Origin: Pirellulales bacterium
Lineage (GTDB): Bacteria > Planctomycetota > Planctomycetia > Pirellulales > JAICIG01
Direction of reading: 5' to 3'
Assembly (NCBI GenBank): GCA_040901675.1
Contig: JBBDYJ010000026.1
Span: 65,062-129,061 of the forward strand
DNA length: 64,000 nt
Both the position numbers and the translations under genes were made by a program. The notes under the pieces are model-generated. The model was not told the DNA's origin. It was given only the letters and a program-made list of their open reading frames with translations, and searched no databases. This document shows, one piece after another, positions 21,257 to 30,822 of the stretch; position 1 is the first letter of the stretch, and each line of letters opens with the position of its first letter.

Positions 21257-21306
21257 CTGCGGGTGCCAACCGTGTCCGTCTCGCCCCTTCCCCCCTTCGC
21301 TTCCCC

Positions 21307-21338
21307 GGTGGCTGGGGCAAAGCGGTAGCGTGCCCCAG
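21307..21338 (-). repeat. CTGGGGCACGCT-N-CGCTTTGCCCCAGCCACC hairpin repeat, empty copy
   Basis: Reverse complement matches the copies at 60222-60277 and 60340-60372. Confidence 0.8.
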
Positions 21339-21370
21339 AGTCGTGCCCCAGAATGCTCGGCAAAAGCGGT

Positions 21371-22000
21371 CTACCGCCCGCGCCGGCCGCCGCTCGAGTA
21401 CGAAAATCCCCACCCGACCCTGGGCCGCGGCCGATAGTACGGATGGTAATAGGGGTGATAGTAATAAGGCGGGGGACCGTAGTCCACGATCACCGGCGGG
21501 GGAGCCTCGTGAACGATCACCGGCGGACCTTGCGAAATGGGCGGAGCCTGCATCGCCTCGATCACCCGCTTGCTCACTCCGTCGCGCTGTAACGCAATCA
21601 ACTCGCCGGTTTGCGGCGGACGCGCCACGCCGTTGGCTCCGATATGGTTGATGATCAAGTCTTCGTCGACGCCGGCGTGCGTCATGGCCACCACGTCCTG
21701 GAACGTCACCGCACCGGCTGCCACGGGCCGTCCCATGCGGGCTTCGATCATCGCCCGGTTCTTGGCCTCCACCTCGTCCAATCCGCTGCCGATTGCCGCT
21801 CCGCTCAAGGCCCCTACGCCCGCGCCGATGGCGGCCCCAGCCCCCGTGTTGCCCACCGCGTCTCCCACGATGGCGCCCACGCCGGCACCGGTCAGACTGC
21901 CGAGCAGGGCTCCCCGGTCGGCATAGTAAGGAGACTGGCAGCCCCAGGCGGCCAAGGCCGGCAGCAAGGCCGCCACGAGGCAAGCGACACGTTCAGACAT
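21371..22000 (-). CDS. Glycine-zipper lipoprotein with Pro/Tyr-rich tail
   Basis: AAWGC lipobox; GALLGSLTGAGVGAIVG..GAAIGAGVGALSGAAIG. Confidence 0.8.
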   Translation of the reverse strand: MSERVACLVAALLPALAAWGCQSPYYADRGALLGSLTGAGVGAIVGDAVGNTGAGAAIGAGVGALSGAAIGSGLDEVEAKNRAMIEARMGRPVAAGAVTFQDVVAMTHAGVDEDLIINHIGANGVARPPQTGELIALQRDGVSKRVIEAMQAPPISQGPPVIVHEAPPPVIVDYGPPPYYYHPYYHPYYRPRPRVGWGFSYSSGGRRGR

Positions 22001-22104
22001 CGAGGAAAGCCCTTCCGTGGGAGTGATCGACCGCCGTGGCAAAGACAGCCCACGGCGGGCAGGACGGGCGGGATTATTCCCCGATTCGGCCGCCCCGGTC
22101 AAGA

Positions 22105-23328
22105 TCAACGTCCGTCCGGCTGGGCCTGGGACCAGTCGCGCCACTTTTTCAATGCCGCCTCACGCTGGCTCGGGTCGGCAAACCCGAAGCTGGGGGTGTT
22201 GAACAGGATCATGGCGTTGTCCTGCGCCCGCAGAAAGCCGTACTCCCGCGCCTGCTGACCGGTCAACCGAACCAGGGCCGCCAACGCTACGTCGCGCACC
22301 TGGGTCTGCACTTCCTGGTCGTCGACCTCCTGGTTGGCGCAGACCGTCTCATTCTGTAAGAGCGGCTCCAGGTCGGCCACGTGCTCGCGGCTGCCCAGCT
22401 TGCCCAATGCCAGCACGGCATACTGGAGCATCTGCGGAGGAGTGCCCGGGGCCTGGACCATGTCCAAGGCCGGCTCAATGCCGTCCTTCAAGCCATACCG
22501 CAGGGCCAGCATCAGGTTTTGATACGAGGCCATCGGATCATTGCGAAAATCGCGCCGCACCCACGCGCCCAGCAACTTCTTCAACAGCCCGGCACGCTCG
22601 ACCTCAGACATCGCCTGCTGAATCGCCTGTTGATGGCTGAAGCTGTTGAGAAACGCGCCGGCCTGCTGCGTAATGGGAACGTCCTCCTGGCCGGCCACGA
22701 ACAGGAAACTGGCAATACTGCCCAGCGCCACCTGCTCGCCCGCCGGATTGGGAAACTGGGCCTGCTGCTGCAACTGGTGGCAACGCGCTTCGAGCAACTC
22801 GCCGGCCATCAGCGGGGCGGTGGCGGCCGCCGCCAGCAAATCGTGCTCCGCGCGCTGCATCTCGGCAAACAGCCGGCGTGCCGCCGGGTCTCCGCCGACC
22901 AAGGCACGGTACCGCGGCCAGCCGGCCAGATCGGTGTCGGACCGGCCATCGGGATCCGCCAAAAACGCCTCCAGCTTGACCTGGAAATCGAGCTCTAGCA
23001 CGGAGACGAGAATGCGGCGCGCTCGGAAACGGACCTCGGCATCCGGGTGCGCCAGGGCCGCCTCCAAAGCGGCCTTGGCCGGGATGCCAATCTGCTTCAG
23101 CTCGCGCGATGCCTTCTGCCGCTCGACGAACGAAGAGTGGCCAAGCTGCCTCACCAGGCGGTCGACCTGGGCCGGGGAGACCTGGTCTGGGTAGACTTGG
23201 CTCTGGGAGATGGCGGCATGGGCGGCCTCCGACTCCGGGCGGCCCTCGGCCGCAGCCATGACCAGGGGCAGCACCGCCAGCAGCCAAACGACCGGACTGA
23301 AAAACCCGCAACCGGTGGCACGCATCAT
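22105..23328 (-). CDS. Secreted HEAT-repeat protein
   Basis: Signal peptide; LVRQLGHSSFVERQKAS..HPDAEVRFRA; QVRDVALAAL. Confidence 0.75.
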   Translation of the reverse strand: MMRATGCGFFSPVVWLLAVLPLVMAAAEGRPESEAAHAAISQSQVYPDQVSPAQVDRLVRQLGHSSFVERQKASRELKQIGIPAKAALEAALAHPDAEVRFRARRILVSVLELDFQVKLEAFLADPDGRSDTDLAGWPRYRALVGGDPAARRLFAEMQRAEHDLLAAAATAPLMAGELLEARCHQLQQQAQFPNPAGEQVALGSIASFLFVAGQEDVPITQQAGAFLNSFSHQQAIQQAMSEVERAGLLKKLLGAWVRRDFRNDPMASYQNLMLALRYGLKDGIEPALDMVQAPGTPPQMLQYAVLALGKLGSREHVADLEPLLQNETVCANQEVDDQEVQTQVRDVALAALVRLTGQQAREYGFLRAQDNAMILFNTPSFGFADPSQREAALKKWRDWSQAQPDGR

Positions 23329-23448
23329 GTAAGTCCCAAGACGACCAGCAGCCCCGTCCAGGCACGCGCCCGTCCAGGCAGGCGCCCATCCAGCTAGCTA
23401 TTGTATGCCCGGCAGGGTGAAATGGTCCAGCAGAGCTTTGGCGCCTGC

Positions 23449-23477
23449 TTGCTAGGGGGTGCAAAGCCTATTAGAAT
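23449..23477 (+). promoter_or_regulatory. sigma70-type promoter
   Basis: TTGCTA-17 bp-TAGAAT. Confidence 0.65.
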
Positions 23478-23484
23478 CGTAGCA

Positions 23485-23530
23485 CTTGGGATTTGCGGCC
23501 GCTTGCAGCCTACACCTGCTAAAGTGCCAT
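23485..23530 (+). ncRNA. SAM-II-like riboswitch aptamer (candidate)
   Basis: tggg-ATTTG-cggc-cgcTTGCAG-ccta...GCTAAAgtg reproduces the SAM-II landmarks GAUUU, UUGCAG, GCUAAA; lies upstream of Met/Cys trans-sulfuration genes. Confidence 0.6.
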
Positions 23531-23603
23531 CGCCCGCCGTGCCGCCTGCAATCTGACGAGTGACAGCCGGCACAGTCTTGGCGATCCAAACTGAAGCCAG
23601 AGT

Positions 23604-23642
23604 GAGCCGCGACCGCCAACGGCGGAGACCGCGGCTTTTTTT
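23604..23642 (+). terminator. Intrinsic terminator in the leader of the trans-sulfuration operon
   Basis: gagccgcg..ccgcc-aac-ggcgg..cgcggc followed by T7. Confidence 0.75.
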
Positions 23643-23707
23643 GTCCCGGTCAAGGCAATCCCGCGTGCCGTACCGCGTCACTGGATATCGAAAGCTAGGG
23701 AATTGCA

Positions 23708-24919
23708 ATGACCGACCAGCAACCGCCCGCGGGCAACGGGCCACATGATTGGCGCCCCTCCACCCTGGCAGTGCACGGCGGCGAAGACCGCCAGAAGTTC
23801 GGCAATGCGATCACCGATGCCGTCTTCTGCTCGTCCACTTACACCTTTGCCGATACCCAGGCCGTCCTCGACTTCATCGAACGCAAGCTCCCCCGCGAGG
23901 AGTACGGCCGCTACGGCAACCCGGGCGAGAAGGTCGTCGAGCGCAAGCTGGCGGCACTCGAAGGGGGCGAGGCGGCCCTGTTATTCTCCAGCGGAATGGC
24001 CGCCATCGTCGGCCTGCTGACGACGCGGCTGAACGCCGGCGACGAGGTGGTGTTCTTCGACGAGTGTTATCACCGCAGCCGCGAGTTCTGCGTCAAGCAC
24101 TTGTCCCGGTTCGGCGTCGTGACCCGCCAGGTGCCCGCCTGCGACTACGCGGCCATGGAAGCGGCCATTACCCCCTCGACGCGGCTCTTGATCAGCGAGT
24201 CGCCGACCAATCCGCACTTGAGCGTCGTCGACCTCGAGCGATTCGCGGCCTTGGGAAAACGGCATCGCATCGAGACGCTGATCGATGCCACCCTGGGCAC
24301 TCCTTATAACATCCGCCCCTTGGCCGCCGGCGTCGACTACGTGCTGCACTCGGCGACCAAGTACCTGGCCGGCCACAACGATCTGCTGGCCGGGGTCGTT
24401 ATTTCCAGCGCGGAAAAGATTGAGCCCATCCGCAAGCTGAGGGGCATCATGGGCGCCATCAATTCGCCGCAGAACATTCAGCTTCTGCTCCGCGGCCTCA
24501 AGACTTTTGAGCTGCGGATGGAGCGGCACAACCAGAACGGCATGGCCGTCGCCCGCTTTCTGGCGGAGCACCCCAAGGTCGAAAAGGTCTACTATCCCGG
24601 CCTGCCCGAGCACCCCTATCACGACCTGGCCCGGCGAACCATGCGCGGCTACGGCGGCGTCGTCACGTTCCTCGTGAAGGATGCCGACTGGAAGCGCACG
24701 GCGCGGGTGGTCGATGCGGTCAGGCTGCCGCGGATCGGTCCCAGCCTGGGCGGCGTCGAATCGTTGATCGAGCAGCCGTTGATCATGAGCTACTACGAAT
24801 GCCTGCCCGAGGAGCGCCAGCGCTACGGCATTCCCGACAACATGATCCGCCTGGCATGCGGCATCGAGAACTCCGAGGACCTGGTGGCCGACCTGGCCCA
24901 GGCCCTGGACAAAGCATAA
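23708..24919 (+). CDS. PLP-dependent trans-sulfuration enzyme, cystathionine gamma-synthase-like
   Basis: YGRYGNP, FSSGMAA, ESPTNP, HSATKYLAGHND, SLGGVESL. Confidence 0.88.
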   Translation: MTDQQPPAGNGPHDWRPSTLAVHGGEDRQKFGNAITDAVFCSSTYTFADTQAVLDFIERKLPREEYGRYGNPGEKVVERKLAALEGGEAALLFSSGMAAIVGLLTTRLNAGDEVVFFDECYHRSREFCVKHLSRFGVVTRQVPACDYAAMEAAITPSTRLLISESPTNPHLSVVDLERFAALGKRHRIETLIDATLGTPYNIRPLAAGVDYVLHSATKYLAGHNDLLAGVVISSAEKIEPIRKLRGIMGAINSPQNIQLLLRGLKTFELRMERHNQNGMAVARFLAEHPKVEKVYYPGLPEHPYHDLARRTMRGYGGVVTFLVKDADWKRTARVVDAVRLPRIGPSLGGVESLIEQPLIMSYYECLPEERQRYGIPDNMIRLACGIENSEDLVADLAQALDKA

Positions 24920-24928
24920 GGGGCCTGC

Positions 24929-26080
24929 ATGCAGTTTCGCACCCGCGCTATCCACGTGGGTCAGACGCCGGATCGCGAGACCGGCGCCATCGTGCCGCCG
25001 ATCCATCTGGCCAGCACCTTCGTACAACCGGCGGCGGACGTCGCCGGCCGATTCGATTACTCGCGCAGCGGCAATCCAACCCGCCTGGCTTTCGAAACCA
25101 CGCTCGCTTCGCTCGAAGCCGGTTCGCTCGAGCATGCCTGGGCGCTGGCCTTCTCTTCCGGCATGGCGGCCACGCACTGCGTGACCATGCTCTTGGAACA
25201 GGGGCAGCACGTCGTCGCCGGCGCCGATATTTACGGGGGCACGTACCGGCTGCTGCACAAGATCATCAACCGGTCCGGCATCGACGTCACGCTTGTGCCC
25301 GGCAGCGATCATGAGCGATTGGCCGCCGCCCTCACGCCGCACACCCGGCTCATCTGGATCGAGAGCCCGGGCAACCCACTGATGTCGATAACCGACATAG
25401 CGGCCTGCGCTCGCCTGGCCCGGCAGCGGCAGGTGCTGCTGGCGGTCGACAACACGCTGGCCTCGCCCGTGCTCACCCGGCCCTTGGAGCTCGGGGCCGA
25501 CATCGTCATGCACTCGGCCACGAAGTACCTGGGAGGGCATAGCGACCTGCTGGGCGGGGCACTCGTGGTGAAGGACAAGGCACTCTTCGATCGTTTGTAC
25601 TTCGTGCAGAATGCCACGGGCGCGGTGATGGGGCCGCTGGAGTCGTTCCTCTGCTCGCGCGGCCTCAAGACATTGGAGCTGCGGGTCCACGAGCAGTCGG
25701 CCACGGCACAACGGTTGGCCGAGCACCTGGCTTTGGACCCGCGGGTCCGCCGCGTGCTCTATCCGGGCCTGCCGGATCATCCCGGCCATTCAATCGCCGC
25801 CCGGCAGATGCAGGGCGGCTTCGGCGGCATCCTCAGTTTCGAAGTGGCCGGCGACTACCAGGCGGCCAAGCGGGTGGTCGAAAGCACGCGGCTGTTTCGC
25901 CTGGCCGTGAGCCTGGGCGCCGTGGAGTCGCTCATCGAGCAGCCGGCCTCGATGTCGCACGCCAGCTATGCCGCCGCCGACCGTCTGGCCCACGGCATCA
26001 GCGACGGCCTGGTCCGCCTCAGCGTGGGCCTGGAGGCCTTCGAAGACCTCCGCGACGACCTGGACCAGGCCCTGGCGTAG
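24929..26080 (+). CDS. PLP-dependent trans-sulfuration enzyme, cystathionine beta/gamma-lyase-like
   Basis: YSRSGNPTR, FSSGMAA, VDNT, HSATKYLGGHSD, SLGAVESL. Confidence 0.88.
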   Translation: MQFRTRAIHVGQTPDRETGAIVPPIHLASTFVQPAADVAGRFDYSRSGNPTRLAFETTLASLEAGSLEHAWALAFSSGMAATHCVTMLLEQGQHVVAGADIYGGTYRLLHKIINRSGIDVTLVPGSDHERLAAALTPHTRLIWIESPGNPLMSITDIAACARLARQRQVLLAVDNTLASPVLTRPLELGADIVMHSATKYLGGHSDLLGGALVVKDKALFDRLYFVQNATGAVMGPLESFLCSRGLKTLELRVHEQSATAQRLAEHLALDPRVRRVLYPGLPDHPGHSIAARQMQGGFGGILSFEVAGDYQAAKRVVESTRLFRLAVSLGAVESLIEQPASMSHASYAAADRLAHGISDGLVRLSVGLEAFEDLRDDLDQALA

Positions 26081-26284
26081 AACGGAATTCATTTCGTTTG
26101 CCAGCTCCACACTCCGCCCACTAGCCCTTGGGAAGACTAGCGAGTTTGGCCAGCATGCATAAACTTTCCGGATTATGGCCTTTTTGACGAAAGTTCCGGT
26201 TGCACAATCTCCGATAGTGTCGCTGTCGGTGAACAGGGTCTTCCGGCGCGCCGGCACGCCAATGGCAACTGAGGGACACGTTCG

Positions 26285-27682
26285 ATGTGCTGCTCGCGAA
26301 TTCGCGCTAAATGGGTCATCTGCGGCGCCCTGGTATGGTCCGTCTTGGCGGTTGTGGCCGACAAGGGCTTGGCGCAGCAATGGTCGCCTCGCCGGCCGCG
26401 GAACTCATCGGCGGCCAGCAAGGCCAGTTACAGCGAGCCGGCGGCGCCCCAAAAGCTGCCGGAGCTCACCGATCCTCGCACGGGCTCGGGGTTCGTGCCT
26501 GCCTGGCAGCGACACCCCCACGATCAGCAGCCCCGGCAACCGTACCAGGAGCCGCAGCGGTATCAACCGCCGCAACAGTACCAGGAACCGCAACTGTACC
26601 CGCGCCAGCACGTGGCGGTGGCTCATCGGGCCACGATGCCCCAAATGCCCCCGGAGCAACCGTTGCTGATGGACGAAGGCGAAGCGATCATCGGCCAACC
26701 CGAGGTAATCGACCCGGGCATGATGGAGCCCATTCCCGACTCCGGGATTGAGTTCGAAACCGGCGAATTCGGCGAAACCGTCGGCGACTGCACCGACGGC
26801 TGCGGCCTCGACGGCGGGGAGTGTGGTCTCGATTGTGGGCTCGACTGCGAGCACGGTCGCTACTGCGACGGCATCTGCATTCCCAGGTCTTGGGTTGAGG
26901 AAACTTCGCTGTTCGTTGGCGCGCACGGCTTCAAGGGCCCGCTCGACCTGGGCCGCAACGGCAATTTCGGCTTCCATGAGGGGGTGAACTTCGCCGGCCA
27001 GTTCGGCAGGGCGCTCGGCCTGGGGCCGCTGGGCCTCGGTTACCAGGTGGGGGCGCAGTTCGTCCACAGCAACTTCTCGGGCGACACGGTGGTGAGCATC
27101 GAAGAGAACACCCGCGACCAGAAGTTTCTGACGGCCGGCTTTTTCCGGCGTGCGCCCCGCGGCCAGGGGCTGCAGTACGGCACCGTGTTCGACTACATGA
27201 ACGACAATTACTACGTCGACATCACGCTGACTCAGCTTCGCGCCGAGATGAGCTACCTGGCCGGCTACGGGCACGAACTGGGTTTCTGGGGCGCCTTCGG
27301 CCTGCGTGGCGACACCGACTTGGTCAACGGACTCGCTCAGTCTTACGAGTCGACGGACCTGTATGCCTTCTTCTACCGTTATAACTTGCCCACGGGAGGG
27401 CAGGGGAGAGTCTGGGTGGGCGGCACGGACAAAAAGGACACGCTGTTCGGCGTCGACTTCCGTGTGCCGCTTTCGAATCGTTGGGATTTCAACGGGGCCG
27501 TCAACTATCTTGCGCCCGAGCAGGGGGGCGGCCTGGTCGGCTCGGCGGAGGAGTCGTGGGGCATCAGCGTCAATCTGGCCTGGTATCCCGGCCGCCGCTG
27601 TGCGGGCGTTCACAACGGCCCCTTCCGCTCCTTGTTCGGCGTGGCCGACAACACCACCTTCATGGTCGACCGCGTCCAGTAG
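26285..27682 (+). CDS. Secreted planctomycete protein, DUF6666-like (probable beta-barrel) with Pro/Gln- and Cys-rich N-terminus
   Basis: Signal peptide; GNFGFHEGVN; alternating aromatic beta-strand pattern; FGVADNTTFMV end. Confidence 0.65.
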   Translation: MCCSRIRAKWVICGALVWSVLAVVADKGLAQQWSPRRPRNSSAASKASYSEPAAPQKLPELTDPRTGSGFVPAWQRHPHDQQPRQPYQEPQRYQPPQQYQEPQLYPRQHVAVAHRATMPQMPPEQPLLMDEGEAIIGQPEVIDPGMMEPIPDSGIEFETGEFGETVGDCTDGCGLDGGECGLDCGLDCEHGRYCDGICIPRSWVEETSLFVGAHGFKGPLDLGRNGNFGFHEGVNFAGQFGRALGLGPLGLGYQVGAQFVHSNFSGDTVVSIEENTRDQKFLTAGFFRRAPRGQGLQYGTVFDYMNDNYYVDITLTQLRAEMSYLAGYGHELGFWGAFGLRGDTDLVNGLAQSYESTDLYAFFYRYNLPTGGQGRVWVGGTDKKDTLFGVDFRVPLSNRWDFNGAVNYLAPEQGGGLVGSAEESWGISVNLAWYPGRRCAGVHNGPFRSLFGVADNTTFMVDRVQ

Positions 27683-27753
27683 CCGTAGCATAGGCTTCCC
27701 GTAGCATAGGCTTCCAGCCTGTCCAGCTTGGCCGCGCAGGCTTCCAGCCTGTC
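27679..27753 (+). repeat. GTAG-type REP cluster (gtagcataggcttccagcctgt family)
   Basis: gtagcataggcttcc x2 and aggcttccagcctgtc x2 between convergent genes. Confidence 0.75.
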
Positions 27754-27829
27754 TAGATTGGCCCCGCGCGGGCGGTGCGTGGCTCGCGACGTGCTGAGCA
27801 AGCGGTGAGGGGTGCCAAGGGCCCAGCGT

Positions 27830-28735
27830 TCAGCCCTTGATGCGGTCGCGGGTCTTGCCGGGGGCCGCGTGCTTCTCGATGAACTCGATGATCTTGCCAG
27901 CCACGTCGACCTCGGTCGCTCGCTCGATGCCTTCCAGACCGGGCGAGGAGTTCACCTCCATCACGACCGCTCCGTGATTGCTCCGCAAGATATCGACGCC
28001 GGCCACATTGAGGCCCATCGCCTTGGCCGCCCGGATCGCCGTGCTGCGCTCCTCGGGCGTCAACTTCACCTTGACTGCCTTGCCGCCACGGTGCAGGTTC
28101 GAGCGGAACTCGCCCGGCCGGGCCTGCCGCTGCATGGCCGCAATCACCTTGCCGCCCACCACGAAACAGCGCACGTCCGACCCGCCCGCTTCCTTGATGA
28201 ATTCCTGCACCAGGATGTTGGCGTCCAGCTCGCGGAAGGCCTCGATGACCGACTCGGCCGCTTGGCGCGTCTCGGCCAGCACGACGCCGATGCCCTGCGT
28301 CCCCTCCAACAGCTTGACCACCAAGGGAGCCCCTCCCACCGTATTGATCAGCCCCTGCACGTCCTTGGTGGAGTGGGCAAAGCCGGTCACCGGCAGCCCG
28401 ATTCCATTGCGGGCCAAGAGCTGCAGGCAGCGCAGCTTGTCGCGCGACCGCGTGATGGCCTGCGATTCATTGGCCGAAAACACGCTCATCATCTCGAACT
28501 GCCGGACCACCGCCGTGCCGTAAAAGGTGTGCGGCGCCCCGATCCTCGGAATCACCGCCTCGGTTTCCGCCAGCGGCTGCCCCTGGTACATCACCATCGG
28601 CTTGAGCGACGTGATGTTCATGTAGCAGCGCAGGTAGTCGATCACCCGCACCTCGTGCCCGCGGCTCTCTCCCGCTTCCTTCAAGCGACGCGTGGAATAC
28701 AGCGAAGGCTTCCGCGACAGAATGTCGATCCTCAC
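27830..28735 (-). CDS. rimK: RimK family ATP-grasp alpha-L-glutamate ligase
   Basis: [48 protein letters not shown] start overlaps the upstream stop. Confidence 0.93.
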   Translation of the reverse strand: MRIDILSRKPSLYSTRRLKEAGESRGHEVRVIDYLRCYMNITSLKPMVMYQGQPLAETEAVIPRIGAPHTFYGTAVVRQFEMMSVFSANESQAITRSRDKLRCLQLLARNGIGLPVTGFAHSTKDVQGLINTVGGAPLVVKLLEGTQGIGVVLAETRQAAESVIEAFRELDANILVQEFIKEAGGSDVRCFVVGGKVIAAMQRQARPGEFRSNLHRGGKAVKVKLTPEERSTAIRAAKAMGLNVAGVDILRSNHGAVVMEVNSSPGLEGIERATEVDVAGKIIEFIEKHAAPGKTRDRIKG

Positions 28736-29316
28736 GGTCGATTCCTCTTGGGTCGGTTGCTGCGCCTGCCGGCGGCCTGGTCCGCCCGCTTGCCGCCCAG
28801 GTACGAACGGCAGGTGTCGATCAAGAAACGCCGCCGGACCGCCTGCCGCCCCAACAGCATGCGAAAGCCCATCGCATCGCGCCCCGTCAGCGTCAGCTCG
28901 ATCGGCCAGCGCTGCCCCAGCAGTTCCACGGCCGTCAGGATCACCGGCCGCAATGTTTCGTACCCGCCCGAATTGCGGACTAGGCGGTGGCCGACCAGCT
29001 CGGCCTCGCTGGTGACGGTAAGCTGGGTATCTCGTTGCAGAGGATGGACCTTGAATCGCACCATCGGTTTGGTGCCCCGCCGGAACAGCTCGATGTCGAA
29101 GGCGTGCAGCGCCGACGAGCGGGCCCCCGAATCCACTTTCGCCTTGACGGCGTCGATGTGCAGCTCCGGCAGCGAGAGCCACTCGCGCCAGCCGATGGTT
29201 GTCAACTTCGTTGCGCCGCTGCCAGGCACGCCGCTCCCCTGAAAAAACAGCAAATCCACCCCGCGCCCCAGCCGGTGCGGGATTATAGTGTGGGCCGGCG
29301 CCGGGGAAAATGACAC
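28732..29316 (-). CDS. RimK-associated putative ATP-dependent zinc/aspartyl protease family protein
   Basis: [30 protein letters not shown]; true start probably further downstream than the ORF start. Confidence 0.85.
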   Translation of the reverse strand: MSFSPAPAHTIIPHRLGRGVDLLFFQGSGVPGSGATKLTTIGWREWLSLPELHIDAVKAKVDSGARSSALHAFDIELFRRGTKPMVRFKVHPLQRDTQLTVTSEAELVGHRLVRNSGGYETLRPVILTAVELLGQRWPIELTLTGRDAMGFRMLLGRQAVRRRFLIDTCRSYLGGKRADQAAGRRSNRPKRNRP

Positions 29317-29435
29317 GCCTGCCAGGGAAATGATCCGTCGCCGGCCGCGAATAACGGGCTAACCGGGCGAACGAAGGGATTGGCTCGCTGGAAATCCGCG
29401 GTCTCGAAGCCGCCGTCTGTCATCCGGAGCTCGCA

Positions 29436-29978
29436 ATGGTCTACCTGGGACTGCTGGTCCTTCTGCTGGCACTCATCGTCGGCTGGTTGATGAACCTCTT
29501 CAGCCTGCCGGGCAACTGGCTGATTGTCGCTGCCACCGCGCTGTTCGCCTACGCCGCCCCCGACGGCGGACAATTCGACATAACCTGGACCGCGGTGCTC
29601 GTCATCCTCGGCTTGGCGATCGTGGGCGAAATCGTCGAATTCGCCGCCGGCGCCGTGGGAGCGGCCAGGGTCGGTGGCAGCAGGCGGGGCGCTCTGATGG
29701 CCATCGTGGGTTCGATGATCGGCGGGCTCACGGGAGCGGTTCTGGGCCTTCCCGTTCCGCTCATCGGCCCCCTGCTGGGGGCGGTGGTGTTCGCCGGCGT
29801 CGGAGCCCTGGTCGGCGCCATGCTGGGCGAAGCATGGAAGGGGCGCCAACTCCAGGAAAGCTGGCAAGTCGGCCAGGCGGCTTTCTGGGGCCGGTTGCTG
29901 GGCACCCTGGCCAAGACGCTGATCGCCTCGGCGATGGTCGTCATCGCCGCCGTGGCGGCGCTTGTCGACGGCTTTTAG
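29436..29978 (+). CDS. DUF456 family membrane protein
   Basis: LPGNWL, GGSRRGA, Gly-rich TM segments. Confidence 0.8.
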   Translation: MVYLGLLVLLLALIVGWLMNLFSLPGNWLIVAATALFAYAAPDGGQFDITWTAVLVILGLAIVGEIVEFAAGAVGAARVGGSRRGALMAIVGSMIGGLTGAVLGLPVPLIGPLLGAVVFAGVGALVGAMLGEAWKGRQLQESWQVGQAAFWGRLLGTLAKTLIASAMVVIAAVAALVDGF

Positions 29979-30049
29979 AATCGCCGCAAGGTGATGCTCC
30001 AGCACCGGCAATCGTCCCGCAGCCGGCCGACGCTAGGACTTCAGCGGCT

Positions 30050-30274
30050 CTACAACCGCAGCGCCACCGTTCGGCTGCGTGACTCGCTGTCGATGACGAT
30101 CTTGTCCTCGCGCGCCAGCCACCCCAGCGCCTGCATCACCAGGTCGCGAGGCGCCTCGACTTCCTTTACCAGCTTGGCCGTGCTCGTCGGCCCCTTTTCG
30201 GCCAGCACGCGCCAAACCGCCCCGGCCATCTCTCCGATCTGTTCAATGCCGCAACTCTCGCTTGCTATTGCCAT
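30050..30274 (-). CDS. Small winged-helix protein (DUF2582-like)
   Basis: IGEMAGAVWRVL...ALGWLAREDKI signature; AGGAG RBS. Confidence 0.85.
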   Translation of the reverse strand: MAIASESCGIEQIGEMAGAVWRVLAEKGPTSTAKLVKEVEAPRDLVMQALGWLAREDKIVIDSESRSRTVALRL

Positions 30275-30366
30275 TGCACCAGCTCCTGCTCGCTATTTTC
30301 CTCCTCGAACCCCAAGTCGGGCCTGCGCTGTAAGCGGGCGTCCCGGCCCAGCGCAGTTTCAGGAAA

Positions 30367-30396
30367 AGTATACCGGACCCAACAAGCGACCCTCAA
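30367..30396 (-). promoter_or_regulatory. sigma70-type promoter for the winged-helix gene
   Basis: TTGAGG-18 bp-TATACT on the minus strand. Confidence 0.55.
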
Positions 30397-30486
30397 GAGG
30401 AACAGCCTGCCCAAAGCAGGCGGGCCATGCCGCCGGCGTTCCCAACTGGGCCGGGGCTGCTGCCGTGTGGAGGCAGGCGGACGTTC

Positions 30487-30533
30487 AAAAAGCAAGGGCC
30501 CGGCTGGCTTGCGGGCGACCAACCGGGCCCTTG
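30487..30533 (-). terminator. Intrinsic terminator ending the candidate sRNA
   Basis: caagggcccggttgg / ccagccgggcccttg stem followed by cTTTTT on the minus strand. Confidence 0.8.
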
Positions 30534-30687
30534 AACCGTGAAAAAACGCAATGGACCCGTGGCGGGTATGGCGTCGCGGTACTTTCGGGCGACTTGGCGA
30601 CTAAGATTCACGGTGCCATTGTTCGTGTGCCGTTTTGGCCCAGGGGCTTGCGGGTGCCCCTGGGCCAACTGGGTCGAACATCGACAA
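30487..30687 (-). ncRNA. Candidate ~200-nt structured small RNA
   Basis: Bounded by a sigma54-like promoter and a terminator; perfect 13-bp hairpin at 30635-30668 plus internal stems; no convincing CDS. Confidence 0.5.
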
Positions 30688-30698
30688 GCCGCTCAAGA

Positions 30699-30713
30699 GC
30701 ACGATCCGTGCCA
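30699..30713 (-). promoter_or_regulatory. sigma54 (RpoN) -24/-12 promoter
   Basis: TGGCACG-GATC-GTGC versus consensus TGGCACG-N4-TTGC, with exact GG-N10-GC spacing. Confidence 0.7.
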
Positions 30714-30754
30714 CGCTTGTCGGGGCGGCCCGCCTTGCTCCCGGAAAGCCGCCT

Positions 30755-30767
30755 TAAGTCGTTGCTG
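30755..30767 (-). promoter_or_regulatory. IHF-like binding site
   Basis: CAGCAACGACTTA versus WATCAANNNNTTR (two mismatches), between the enhancer and the sigma54 promoter. Confidence 0.45.
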
Positions 30768-30822
30768 CTGCCCCATCTCGAACATCCGCTGGCAACGTCG
30801 GGCCACCGGGAAAGACAGCGGC

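Noticed and set aside
26252..26266. sigma54-like CGGCACG-CCAA-TGGC upstream of the DUF6666-like gene
   Set aside because: Two mismatches at conserved positions, and the implied start site would exclude the apparent RBS
30393..30668. 91-aa minus-strand ORF in the candidate sRNA region
   Set aside because: TTG start buried in a 13-bp stem, no RBS, runs through an intrinsic terminator, no protein-like features
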